This document shows, piece by piece, positions 13,201-25,084 of a DNA stretch of 64,000 bases; position 1 is the first letter of the stretch, and every line of letters starts with the position of its first letter. The notes beneath the pieces were generated by a model. That model was given only the letters and a program-made list of their open reading frames with translations, made no database searches and was not told the origin of the DNA. The DNA lies in the NCBI RefSeq assembly GCF_000143415.4, contig NW_003314379.1, forward strand, positions 372,001 to 436,000. Direction: 5' to 3'. This DNA is from Selaginella moellendorffii. Taxonomy: Eukaryota > Plantae > Lycopodiophyta. A program made the translations under genes and the position numbers.

Positions 13201-13603
13201 CGTACTCTATCTTTTTCGACAAGTTGAAGTGAAAGAGTGTATGCTGGACACTGTTCTTCTTTTTCTTCCCACTTTGCAGGCAAGTATCTGAACAAGAGAA
13301 ACCATCGATCAGCGTGCTTGAATCAAAACAGAGCAAAATCCAAACCAAGATGGCAGTTGACGAGAAGTTCATTCCCGCGTATTTGCTTCCCACACACAGG
13401 GCATTCCACCCAGTCACAACAAGCTAAGCTCAGGCCTCCTTTTATTTCCAGCGAAAAATCACCGCACTCCAACTCATCCTGCAGGAAAACAATCACAGAT
13501 CCACCGAAGAAATAGAAGCTCGATCACTCACCCGAGCCGGGAGTGACACATTGCGCTGCCGCTTCCCAACAAGCCGAATCAAGCTCTCACGGCCCCGGAG
13601 CAT
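10207..13603 (-). CDS. FAN1: Fanconi-associated nuclease 1 (multi-exon, apparently the intact copy)
   Basis: Start MLRGRESLIRLVGKRQR; UBZ finger ECPVCGKQ..VNCHL|DTCL across an intron; HIRAN IAGRKYH..LVREPENPMDTYAVK; RRGYWTLRLSIDLEHL; VRR-NUC GMPDLLLW..AEVKGPGDRLSEQQVAW; short GT-AG introns; in-frame ~54-bp internal duplication at ~13,020-13,070. Not every junction was checked. Confidence 0.9.
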
Positions 13604-13953
13604 TGCTGAGATTACCGCATGGAACACCGCCGAGCTGTGTGTAGGACGCTTCCTCTTCGCAGACCTAAACCCTAGCCAAATAAAATATTTCCCTCCATTC
13701 CTTTGAATTCACTAGGGCAAAAGCTTATGATATTACGATTGAATTATAAAATAGAGGCCTTCAAAGTTTGGTCACCTGTATTACAAGCGAACATTCTTAG
13801 CGTGCTTCGACCAAGGTGGGATTGCGATTTATATTGACTTCATAGTCTTGAAATGCCGTGTAGATATTAACTTCTCCCCTCCTCAAGGCTATAAAAACAG
13901 CCCCAAAATTCCATTGCACAACCACGAGTTCTCATACTATTAATTTAAGTACC
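13604..13953. promoter_or_regulatory. 350-bp head-to-head intergenic (putative bidirectional promoter) between FAN1 and chitinase
   Basis: Divergent ATGs at 13,603 and 13,954; telo-box AAACCCTA at 13,667-13,674; TATAAAA at ~13,890. Confidence 0.55.
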
Positions 13954-14732
13954 ATGGCATTAGTCATGATAATGTTTATGCTATGCCTCCTAGGATTTTC
14001 TCTGTTCTCTACACTAGCATCTCCCTCCAGTATTATAACTGAGCCTGTGTTTAGGAAGTTCTTCCCATCCAACATCGCGAATCCTTTCTACACATACAAC
14101 GATTTCATTGCGGCAACAAAATACTATCCCACGTTTGGAAGCACGGGGAGTCTTGATGTTCAAAAGAGGGAACTGGCTGCCTACTTTGCAAATGTGAAGC
14201 AGGAGACTGGAAGTAAACTCGCTTAGTATTTATCCATTAATCTCACTAATGTCTTTGATTGTAGCACTGCAATACATTCGAGAGATCAACCGAAACAACG
14301 TCTATTGTGACACTAGCCGTGGGATCCCATGTCCTGCAGGTACAAAGGCTTACTATGGAAGAGGACCTTTGCAGCTCACCTGGTAAGCTGAAAATGTTAT
14401 ATTCAATATTTAAAGTGTATATATACAGGAATTACAATTACGATGCTGCTGGAAAGGCTTTCAACATGAACCTCCTCCAAAATCCAGACCAGGTTGCTCA
14501 GAATGGCGTCCTTTCGTGGAGGTCATCAGTGTGGTTTTGGATGCAAAATTCGAATTGCCACACCGCAATAACACAGAACCAAGGATTTGGAGCTACAATT
14601 CGAGCCATCAATGGAGGTCAGGAGTGTGGCAAGGGCAGTGAGACACAACCCGCACAGAACCGCATTAATTATTACAAGGACTTTTGCTCACAGTTGGGTG
14701 TTTCACCAGGTGGGAACCTTGGCTGTGCTTAA
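13954..14732 (+). CDS. GH19 chitinase (signal peptide, no chitin-binding domain, 3 exons)
   Basis: FYTYNDFIAA..KRELAAYFANVKQETG | YYGRGPLQLTW | NYNY..SVWFWM..GFGATIRAINGGQEC..RINYYKDFC..LGVSPGGNLGC. Confidence 0.93.
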
Positions 14733-15194
14733 AGAAATGTTTTTAAAGTAATGAATAAGTAATTAACTACGAGGATGTATTAATAAAAATAATAATAAAT
14801 CTGGAAATTTGTTGGTGATGATTGCAATCTTTACAATAGCAAGAATTACTAGAGGAGAATGCTGAAAAGGTATAATAAAGCCGATAATAATATCTTGCCT
14901 ATCAGTCTACTTATAAAATGGGTAAAGTTGTAAGATGATGGATATCTAAACAATTTTGGTATCTAAAAAGCATTGCTGATATTACCACATGAGAAGCGCA
15001 GACCTAAACCCTAGCTCACATTCTTCTCGTTCGTTTTAAACGCAAACTCTAAGTACTTGCTTTGTTGCCACCATCGGTTCCATCCCACTCTCGAAGCTGG
15101 TCGAGGTATCCAGTGTGATAAATTAACCTGCGGGGGATTGTCGTTAAAACAACGACTTAAAATAGCTAAGCAAAATACTGTCTTAGTATGGTAT

Positions 15195-15600
15195 TATCGG
15201 GGAGTCTTGATGTTCAAAAGAGGGAACTGGCTGCCTACCTTGCAAATGTGAAGAAGGAAACTGGAAGTAAAGTCACATAGCATTTATCAATCTCATACTA
15301 CGGAAGAGGAACTTTGCAGCTCACCTGGTAAGTTGGAAATGTTATATTCAAAATTTAAAGAGTATATATATACAGGAATTACAATTACGATGCTTCTGGA
15401 AAGGCTTTCAACATGAACCTCCTCCAAAATCTAGACCAGGTTGCTCAGAATGGCATCCTTTCGTGGAGGTCATCAGTGGGGTTTTGGATGCAAAATTCGA
15501 ATTGCCACACATAGAACCAAGGATTTGGAGCTACAATTCGAGCCATCAATGGAGGTTAGGAGTGTGGCAAGGGCAGTGAGACACACGCACAGAACCGTAT
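15195..15600 (+). pseudogene. Chitinase remnant
   Basis: Deleted, stop-containing copy of 14,145-14,660. Confidence 0.85.
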
Positions 15601-15875
15601 CTGCTTAAACAAATGTTTTTAAAAGTAATTATTAATCAACTAATTAGTTCAACCTCCCTAAAGCTGTTCCTTGGTCAAGTTTCCCTGCTAGAACATGAAG
15701 GACAAGAAGACTTAGCGAGAGAGGGGGATAGAGCATGTATACCAAGGTGTGGCAATAAAGAGACTTATTTGGAGATCATCTTCACATTTTAAGACACCGA
15801 TCACATCGTTTCTGCAGCTCTAGAAACGATCAGCGACATCAAGTCGACATTCTGCTCGCTCAACAGTTGATTATC

Positions 15876-16059
15876 ATGGAGTTCTTGTCAATTGCGGCAG
15901 TTCTAGTGATTGCTGAGTTATTTGCTCCAGGCTTGGGTTTCCAGTGTCCAAAAGCCATGTTCTGGTTCGGGGATTCTACTGTCGATACAGAGAATGTTCA
16001 GGCAGCAGCTCCGTTTATTAGTGCTGCAGAGTATAAGCCTTATGGCATGACTTTATGGC
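15876..16059 (+). pseudogene. GDSL esterase/lipase 5' fragment
   Basis: Signal peptide + FWFGDSTVDTEN..PYGMT, then abruptly joined to antisense FAN1 sequence. Confidence 0.8.
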
Positions 16060-18760
16060 ATGAGAATAACAAACCAGGCCACCTGTTGCTCGGACAAGCA
16101 ATCTCCCGGACCCTTGGCTTCGACTAGCTTTGCCCCTTTCTCCTTCCACATCAACCAGTACTGTGGTCTTCTGCAAGAAGCTTATGAATCACACACAATC
16201 TCGTAATTCTTCATTCTCCCAGTTAACCCTCCCATAGTGCTTCCACGACGAGTTGCCTAGCTCCACCATCGCGTATGGCTTGAAGGCGAGATTCAATAAG
16301 CGAGCTTCGGACTGGATAGAAACAAATGCATGCACAAGTCCAATGGTGCAGTCTCTGCGAAATAACACAAAACAAGGATTTTCCAACACAAAGAGCCTCT
16401 TGCAAAGCGCAAACAAGAAGAGCAGAAGAAGCCCACAAGAAAATGAAACAAGAACCTGAACAAGAACCTGAAGTGTGTCTGGAAGACATCTGGAACGAGT
16501 GTATCCTGGACATTGTTCGTCTTTTCTTCCCACTTTGCAGGCAAGTATCTGGACAAGACAAACCATCGATCAACCTGCTTGGATCAAAACAGAGCAAACT
16601 CCAAACCAAGATGGCACCTGACAAGAAGTTCATTCCCGCGTTTGCTTCCCACACACAGGGCAGTCACAACAAGCTAAGCTGTTTGACATCACAGCACTGC
16701 AAGAAAACGATTACAAGCTCGATCACTCACCTGAGCTGGCGGAGCGTCCTGGAGTGACACACTGCGTTGCCGCTTCCCTACACCGAATCAAGCTCTCGCG
16801 GCCCTGGAGCATTGTAATGCCACCGGCCGCTTCCTCCTCGCCCTCCCAATACACCTCAACCGTACGCACACAGAAAAAAAACATTTCATAGAACTTTTCA
16901 TCTGCAAACACGACATCCTTGTCGTGTTTGCAGCCTTGAGCTACTAGCTCCTTTCCAGCCGCCTCCATCTTCTCCGGCATAGTATTGAAGTGCCAGGTCC
17001 TCCACACTGCATTGTTGCCCATTGTAGCCATAAAATCTGCTCTTCATTCCACTGGCATTGTTTAGCGGCCTTCCCGTAATCGTCACCTTCAAAAACAGAG
17101 TTGTAGCTGAAGGCCAAATATCTGGAAGACACAGTACGTACCACCTTGTGTTTTGTCTTTAAAAGCGCTGCATATGGAGGTACTTTCCACCTTCTAGGAG
17201 GGTTTCCTAGTCCGAGAACCCTCCGTTGCAAAGCGATACGATCCCCTCCTCGGACGTTGAAATCATTTAATCCGTTTTCTGCAACGAGCAGGCTCTCTTC
17301 TAAACGCTGTAAGTGCTCCAAGTCAATAGATAGCCGGAGAGTCCAGTATCCTCTCCGTCCAGGACAATACTGCATGCTAAGGAGCTGCTTGAAGAGGTTT
17401 ACAGCTTCAGCGTATCTGGTCAAGAGCCAGCTTTCGTTCAAAAGTATTGTCCGCCATTGGTGAAAGAGCGTACCGGCATTCTTTCTCCAGAAACGATGCA
17501 GCCACAGTACAGATTGTTGCATACACCCATGCAGCCGAAAACCGTGCTAAAAATGGATGCTTGATCTCGGTGTGTGCATTGATCAATTCGAGTGTAGTCC
17601 TTGCTTTTCGAAAAGAGGAGTTTACAGCCTCAGAATTACCAGCTTCCAGGTCAACACCTGAGCCAATTGCAATGCCTGAAAACTTGACGATCAGACAAAT
17701 TTTATAACAAAGTAGGAACGGACCTGCTCATACGCCAGAAAGTCCTCTCGAGAAGCATTGTTCTAGCGCACCTATAGCTTGGATACTTGATCCTTCCAGG
17801 AGCAAACATATTATGAAGTACACGATGAAAGAAATTGAGTACCGACTAAATCATGGACTGCAGAATTTGTGTCACCAATATCTTCATGTTCTGAAGACGG
17901 AACCATGGCCCTGCAAAACCACTGTCTCCCTTGAGTCACAGTTTGTGCGACGGCGTCGAGCTTACCCTTTCGTTGAGCCAATCTTACAAAAAGGCGCTGT
18001 CCATCAGACGAGATTGAACGAAATGCCTCGAGAAGTTCGATCTCGTCTGGAGTAAAGAGATGGAGATCCCGTTCCAATACCATGTAGAGAAAATTCTGTT
18101 GGTAACGACAGCCGCGGTCTTGTCCCTTGTCAGCTGCATCCATCAGATGGCTCCATTTGACAGCCAGCACTTTTTCTTCTGAGAGACTTCCAATAGTCCG
18201 ACTCTGGATCTCACGCAAATCAAGCTTGAGGCGTGCAGCTTCCGATGTACTCTCGGAGACATATCCCTGAAAGCTTTGTGAACAATTGAAAAACGCCCCA
18301 GAGATTAGTTACCTGGACGTCTACGACGCCTTTTTCCATGAGAGGAGACAAATAACGCGAAAGCTCTTTTGGAATATGTCCCAGCGAAAGCCCATCCGCT
18401 GTAAGCACCTGGCGCAATGTTGCTGTCAGCCATGAAACACGTCCATTCAGTCAAGTTTACCTTCACAGCGTATGTATCCATGGGATTTTCTGGTTCCCTT
18501 ACCAGGTGAACTCGCATCCCAGCTTCTCTGTTGTACTTGCGGCCAGCAATCCTTGCCTCCAGGCAGCCATTGTAAAGATCTCTAGTTTCACTGTTGAGCT
18601 CTGCCGGAAGGACGCTGTTGGCCACGTCGGGCTCCTCAAAGCTTTCAAGAGTAGAAGACACTTCCGGTTTCGGAGACCCTGCCGCCGGGTTACAGTCGAC
18701 CCCAGTCTCGAGCGGAGGAGACTACTGGATTTCTAGTACGCAGTTTCCGCTTTCCTCGAT
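16060..18760 (-). pseudogene. FAN1: Two abutting deleted FAN1 derivatives
   Basis: 16,060-16,940 parallels 8,160-8,970; 16,945-18,760 parallels 10,790-13,200 with multiple deletions. Confidence 0.88.
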
Positions 18761-18909
18761 TATACATGACTTTTCAGCATTCTCCTCTAGTAATTCTTGC
18801 TACTGTAAAGATTGCAATCATCAACAACCAATTTCCAGATTTATTATTTGTTTTTATTAATACATACTCAGTAGTTAATTACTTATTCATTACTTTTAAA
18901 AACATTTGT

Positions 18910-19680
18910 TTAAGCACAGCCAAGGTTCCCACCTGGTGAAACACCCAACTGTGAGCAAAAGTCCTTGTAATAATTGATGCGGTTCTGTGCGGGTTGTGTC
19001 TCACTGCCCTTGCCACACTCCTGACCTCCATTGATGGCTCGAATTGTAGCTCCAAATCCTTGGTTCTGTGTTATTGCGGTGTGGCAATTCGAATTTTGCA
19101 TCCAAAACCACACTGATGACCTCCACGAAAGGACGCCATTCTGAGCAACCTGGTCTGGATTTTGGATGAGGTTCATGTTGAAAGCCTTTCCAGCAGCATC
19201 ATAATTGTAATTCCTGTATATATATACACTTTAAATATTGAATATAACATTTTCAGCTTACCAGGTGAGCTGCAAAGGTCCTCTTCCATAGTAAGCCTTT
19301 GTACCTGCAGGACATGGGATCCCACGACTAGTGTCACAATAGACGTTGTTTCGGTTGATCTCTCGAATGTATTGCAGTGCTACAATCAAAGACATTAGTG
19401 AGATTAATGGATAAATACTATGCGAGTTTACTTCCAGTCTCCTGCTTCACATTTGCAAAGTAGGCAGCCAGTTCCCTCTTTTGAACATCAAGACTCCTCG
19501 AGCTTTCAAACGTGGGATAGTATTTTGTTGCTGCAATGAAATCGTTGTATGTGTAGAAAGGATTTGCGATGTTGGATGGGAAGAACTTCCTAAACACAGA
19601 CACAGTTAGGGAGATGCTAGTGTAGAGAACGGAGATAATCCTAAAAGGCATAGCATAAACATTATCATGACTAATGCCAT
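18910..19680 (-). pseudogene. GH19 chitinase copy with a 10-bp frameshifting deletion in exon 1
   Basis: Near-identical to 28,381-29,159 but lacks TAATACTAGA at ~19,608, splitting exon 1 into two frames. Confidence 0.85.
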
Positions 19681-20030
19681 GGATGAGAACTCGTGGTTGT
19701 GCAATGAAATTTTGGGGCTGTTTTTATAGCCTTGAGGAGTGAGATTGCGATTTATATTGACTTCATAGTCTTGAAATGCCTTGTAGATATTAACTTCTCC
19801 CCTTGGTCGAAGCACGCTAAGAAGATCTCTTTGTGTTTGCTGTAATACAGGTGACCAAACTTTGAAGGCATCTATTTTATTATTCAATCATGTGCACTTA
19901 ATATCATAAGCTTTTGCCCTAGTGAATTCAAAGGAATGGAGGGAAATATTTTATTTGGCTAGGGTTTAGTTCTGCGAAGAGGAAGCGTCCTACACACAGC
20001 TCGGCGGTGTTCCATGCGGTAATCTCAGCA

Positions 20031-20360
20031 ATGCTCCGGGGCTGTGAGAGCTTGATTCGGCTTGTTGGGAAGCGGCAGCGCAATGTGTCACTCCCGGCTC
20101 GGGTGAGTGATCGAGCTTCTATTTCTTGGGTGGATCTGTGATCGTTTTCCTGCAGGAAGAGTTGGAGTGCGGTGATGTTTCGCTGGAAATAAAAGGAGGC
20201 CTGAGCTTAGCTTGTTGTGACTGGGTGGAATGCCCTGTGTGTGGGAAGCAAATACGCGGGAATGAACTTCTCGTCAACTGCCATCTTGGTTTGGATTTTG
20301 CCCTGTTTTGATTCAAGCACGCTGATCGATGGTTTCTCTTGTCCAGATACTTGCCTGCAA
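20031..20360 (+). pseudogene. FAN1: FAN1 5' fragment (exons 1-2)
   Basis: Reverse complement of 13,275-13,603; ECPVCGKQIRGNELLVNCHL. Confidence 0.85.
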
Positions 20361-20699
20361 AAGCCGAGAATAATATCTTGCCTATCATTCTTACTTATAA
20401 AATGGGTAAAGTTGTAAGATATCTAAACAATTTTGGTATCTAAAAAGCATTGCTGATATTACCACATGAGACATGTGAGGGAGAGAGGTCGGCGCAGACC
20501 TAAACCCTAGCCAAGTCTACTCACATTCTTCTCGTTCGTTTTGAACGGAAACTCTAAGTACTTGCTTTGTTGCCACCATCGGTTCCATCCCACTCTCGAA
20601 GCTGGTCGAGGTATCCAGTGTGATAAATTAACCTGCGGGGGATTGTCGTTAAAACAACGACTTAAAATAGCTAAGCAAAATACTGTCTCAGTATGATAT

Positions 20700-21120
20700 T
20701 ATCGGGGAGTCTTGATGTTCAAAAGAGGGAACTGGCTGCCTACTTTGCAAATGTGAAGAAGGAAACTGGAAGTAAACTCACATAGCATTTATCCATTAAT
20801 CTCATACTACGGAAGAGGAACTTTGCAGCTCACCTGGTAAGTTGGAAATGTTATATTCAAAATTTAAAGAGTATATATATACAGGAATTACAATTACGAT
20901 GCTTCTGGAAAGGCTTTCAACATGAACCTCCTCCAAAATCTAGACTAGGTTGCTCAGAATGGCGTCCTTTCGTGGAGGTCATCAGTGTGGTTTTGGATGC
21001 AAAATTCAAATTGCCACACCGCAATAACATAGAACCAAGGATTTGGAGCTACAATTTGAGCCATCAATGGAGGTCAGGAGTGTAGCAAGGGCAGTGAGAC
21101 ACACGCACAGAACCGTATCT
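20700..21120 (+). pseudogene. Chitinase remnant (direct repeat of 15,195-15,600)
   Basis: Block 20,360-21,560 duplicates 14,878-16,053. Confidence 0.85.
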
Positions 21121-21384
21121 GCTTAAACAAATGTTTTTAAAAGTAATTATTAATCAACTAATTAGCTCAACCTTGTTCCTTGGTCAAGTTTCCCTGCTAG
21201 AACATGAAGGACAAGAAGACTTAGCGAGAGAGGGGGATAGAGCATGTATACCAAGGTGTGGCTATAAAGAGACTTATTTGGAGATCATCTTCGAGTTTTA
21301 AGACAACGATCACATCGTTTCTGCAGCTCTAGAAACGATCAGTGACATCAAGTCGACATTCTCCTCACTCAACAGTTGATTATC

Positions 21385-22080
21385 ATGGAGTTTTTGTCAG
21401 TTGCGGCAGTTCTAGTGATTGCTGAGTTATTTGCTCCAGGCTTGGGTTTCCAGTGTCCAAAAGCCATGTTCTGGTTCGGGGATTCTATTGTCGATACAGG
21501 GAATGTTCAAGCAGCAGCTCCGTTTATTAGTGCCACACAGTATAAGCCTTATGGCATGACTTTCTTCAGTAAGCCATCGAAGAGATACTCTGATGGTCGC
21601 GTGGTTGTCGACTTCTTTGGTAATTGTGTGTGTTGATTAACAGCGTTTGATGTTATTCGTGTATGTTTTTGCAGCAGAGGCTTTTGAGTATGATAGATTC
21701 CTGGATCCCATTTTGCAAAGTATTAACTCGAATTATGCCAATGGGGTGAATTTTGCAGTCTCTGGAGCAACTGCTTTGAACACCAGCCTTGAAGTCCCAC
21801 TGTAACTTGTGGTTCAGATTGACCAGTTCAAGCAGGATGCTTACGACAGCAGACATGGTAAAGGTAATGATTCTTCTCAGACTTTGCAAAGGTAGTGTCA
21901 TTCATGGATTCCTCTGTAGGGATGCAAAAGCTAGTTCCTTATTATCATCATCTAAAGACTTATGCGGTTGTCATAAGTAGTAATGCCCTTCTCAATTCCT
22001 ACTTGCTGGAGCATAGAAGCCCTGAGAATGTAACAGTTGAGGCTGTTCCATACGTTGTGAGAGCCATCTTTCACGCATTA
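21385..22080 (+). pseudogene. GDSL esterase/lipase, truncated
   Basis: FWFGDSIVDTGN, PYGMTFFSKPSKRYSDGRVVVDF, GVNFAVSGATA; stops and no C-terminal block. Confidence 0.85.
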
Positions 22081-24214
22081 TAAATACGCAAATTCCATGT
22101 TCCAAATGTATAATAAGGATAGTGGGTAGGTTAGGTATGGCTGACCAATTTGATGCATAGACTAGCTCCTGCTTGCATGCATGTTTTTGTTCTGTATCTG
22201 GCTTAAGTTTAAATCTAAGTTCCATACTATACTAGTTGGTGAAGTACTCATATCCTTGCATTAGACCACTGGTATGCTGAAATAGTGCTAAATTTCGTTT
22301 GGCTCCGTTTATGTGCTGATTCTAGCATTAGGATGCTAAATGTTTTAGAACTATTTTAAGTCACTTCGTGCTTTTATCCCTTCGCTCCTTGGGTTATACG
22401 CTCAAGAGTCACTCTGTGTTCCAGTTCTTTCACTCCTTACCTTCATATTTAGGAGTTTGGCTTCATTCTTTCATTCAATGGCCTAAGGCTTTGAAACTTA
22501 GGTTTTACTCCATTATCCTTGGACACGTGATATATGACATGTGGCATATAAAAGGTTTAAATTCTGCTTTGTGGTTATTTTATAGTAAATCACAATAGGA
22601 TAAAGGGTGAAAACCATATGCATTACAACTTTATTGTTGCTTCTATACTTATACTGGATCTTAACAGACATTTCCTACAAGAACTCTTGCCAATGAGTAA
22701 GGTGGCCTTGAAGGTCCTTTTAATGATTGAAATGTTGGAGAGACTGATAGTTTGAATCCACAATAATTGTTATATTGATAAATGTAGAATTAATATAAAT
22801 AAAAAACTGTGCTGAATATTTAGTAGTTTTTAAAACTTTTCACTATTTTAATGGAAGTCTAATTCATACAAATAATGTTGCCATTCCTTCACAACAACAA
22901 TCACAACATATAACTCCTTATCTTAACTAGGTCAATTCCATTGTATAATATCAAATTTGTGGAACAATACACACATTATTGCTTATCATTATTTATAGAT
23001 TCCACTATAGTCATTTTAGCATTTGTTAACCCTTTCAGAACAATCTTTGCTTTGATGTTCAGCTTTGTGGTAATGAAAACAATTGCCTTTTACCTTGTTC
23101 GTTTCTCCCTGGTTCAAATGAAATTTCTTAGCCTCATTGACATCTTTATACTTTGAGCCATGACATAGCAATTGCTATTTCTTCCCTGAATATGAAACAT
23201 TGGCAGGCTGATCATCACGTTGATTACCCCATAGACCATCCTGTTGACCAAAGTTGATTAACGGTTTTGGCAAAAAGATTTAAGCCTTAATAATAGCATT
23301 AGTAAACGTGTTTAGAAAATCCTTCTTGACTTTCTAGTGCACATCCATTGAGTTCAAACCTTTAATAAAACATTGCACCTTTAACAGTTCATTAGAAGTA
23401 CCTATGAGATTAAAGCAAAGATCATGGAAGTGATATGCATCCAAAAATAAAGTGTTTTGCCTGATCTTCAATAGCTAGTTTACGAGATCAACCTCTTTAA
23501 ATTTCTTGACAAATGAAGCATAGAAAATCTTTTTCAAATCACTTTAAGAAGTTTGCTTAGAATTAGCTTTGATGTAGTTCTTCCACCACAAAAAAGCATG
23601 GCCTGTCAGTTTTGTCATAAAAAAAAAAAAAATCTTCACTTTATCCTCACAAGGATTGTGAGACTATAAATTTTCCCACAATTTCAACCAAAAATCAACT
23701 TCTTAGAACCAATGGTAATCATGGATATGATACTGATTCAACTTTTGAAGGTCCATATGAAATAAGAAATCCTTAGCCTCCTTAATGACATTCGGAAACT
23801 CAATAATTTAGTGACTATACTACACTATCAAGAGTTTTTTCTTCATCGTCATGATTGTCATCACTAATGCCATACTCCTTATCAAGATTTTATATTCCAC
23901 TCATTTGCCATCCCCAAAAAAACATGTTACTCCAATATTAATGAAATGAATGAGGAGTGAACCCTAGGCCAACCTCCCAAACCTTAATGTGTTATAGCCT
24001 TAAAGCCATGAAATATTTTTGGAATATTCCTGTGGTTTATGTCATATGTTCTGGCAGATTGTAAATGTTGCCCTCGGGGATTGGATCAGCCTCTGAGTAG
24101 GTACCAACAGTAAACATAAACCTGTTGGTAACCAATTTGCTATATGCTCTAAAAATATAATCCTTATATAGTGAATATTCCATTATCAATCTGTACATAC
24201 CAAAGTTACCATCA

Positions 24215-24972
24215 GATTTGAGCTTGCTGTTGCCCACAGATGTCCAAATACTCTCATCTGTTCATTCGAGGCTCCAATCACCTGGGAGAGCAGAGCAAGG
24301 ACAATGAATACACAGGCAAACCTTGAGCTCCCTAGCACTAAATTTTGATCCCAAGAGTGAAGAGACAGCACTTTCGTTGCCAGAGCCATACTCATACAAT
24401 GCCGAAGCAATCTGACGGGTCGAAAATAACAAACACAACTTAGAGCACAAGCACAAACTAAATCAGCATTGATTACTGAGACTATCGTTTGGTGAATCCC
24501 CTCTGTAGAACCGATCGTTTATGCTCTGATGAGAATCAGAGCGAGGTCACTTTGACAACATTTCTCACCGTTGATCCAAATATGAGAGTAATTGTTTGGC
24601 CTCTGCAATAAAGAGCTTCGAACCAGTGACCAAAGGACCAGAAAATCATGTGGACTAAACACAAAAGTAAGGAAAATATAAGTTCAAAAATCGCCGCCAG
24701 CCCACGTACCTTGTCCACCAAGAGCTTCATGATGTGATCTCCAAATCTGTTTACTTGAAGACACAGCAAAAATTCCAACGCGTTTAAGCTCACCTGCACA
24801 TTATTGATTACTTAGTGTTGGGTTTTTCTGTTAAGAGAGCTTACCGCAAATGTATCCCTTTCAGCTCTTTCGCGGTCTCCCCATATACGGGTGTCAAATA
24901 TGCGTAGCACGTTTTCAGCTGGACCACCCTCTAGATGACAAAGCTCTAAATGCCACCAGTTATGACTATGCC
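24215..24972 (-). pseudogene. TTC38: Tetratricopeptide repeat protein 38-like, C-terminal exons only
   Basis: Spliced exons read HSHNWWHLELCHLEGGPAENVLRIFDTRIW, VSLNALEFLLCL and VIGASNEQMRVF, resembling the plant TTC38 motifs THNWWH..CYLEG / YLNALGLL / IGASxEQ. Confidence 0.7.
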
Positions 24973-25084
24973 TGCAAGAGAAAAAACAGAAACCAGAAGT
25001 GAGTTCGTATCACATCTATTTGAAAGAAGATCTTCTCAATCATTAGATTCCAATGGAAACATTCAGCCCTTCATCTTCCAATCT

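Larger units (their letters stand above)
3960..14830. repeat. Left arm of giant inverted duplication
   Basis: Reverse-complement colinear with 28,305-38,178 plus 51,391-51,930 (Gypsy remnant, kelch, PPR, FAN1, chitinase in mirror order). Confidence 0.92.
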
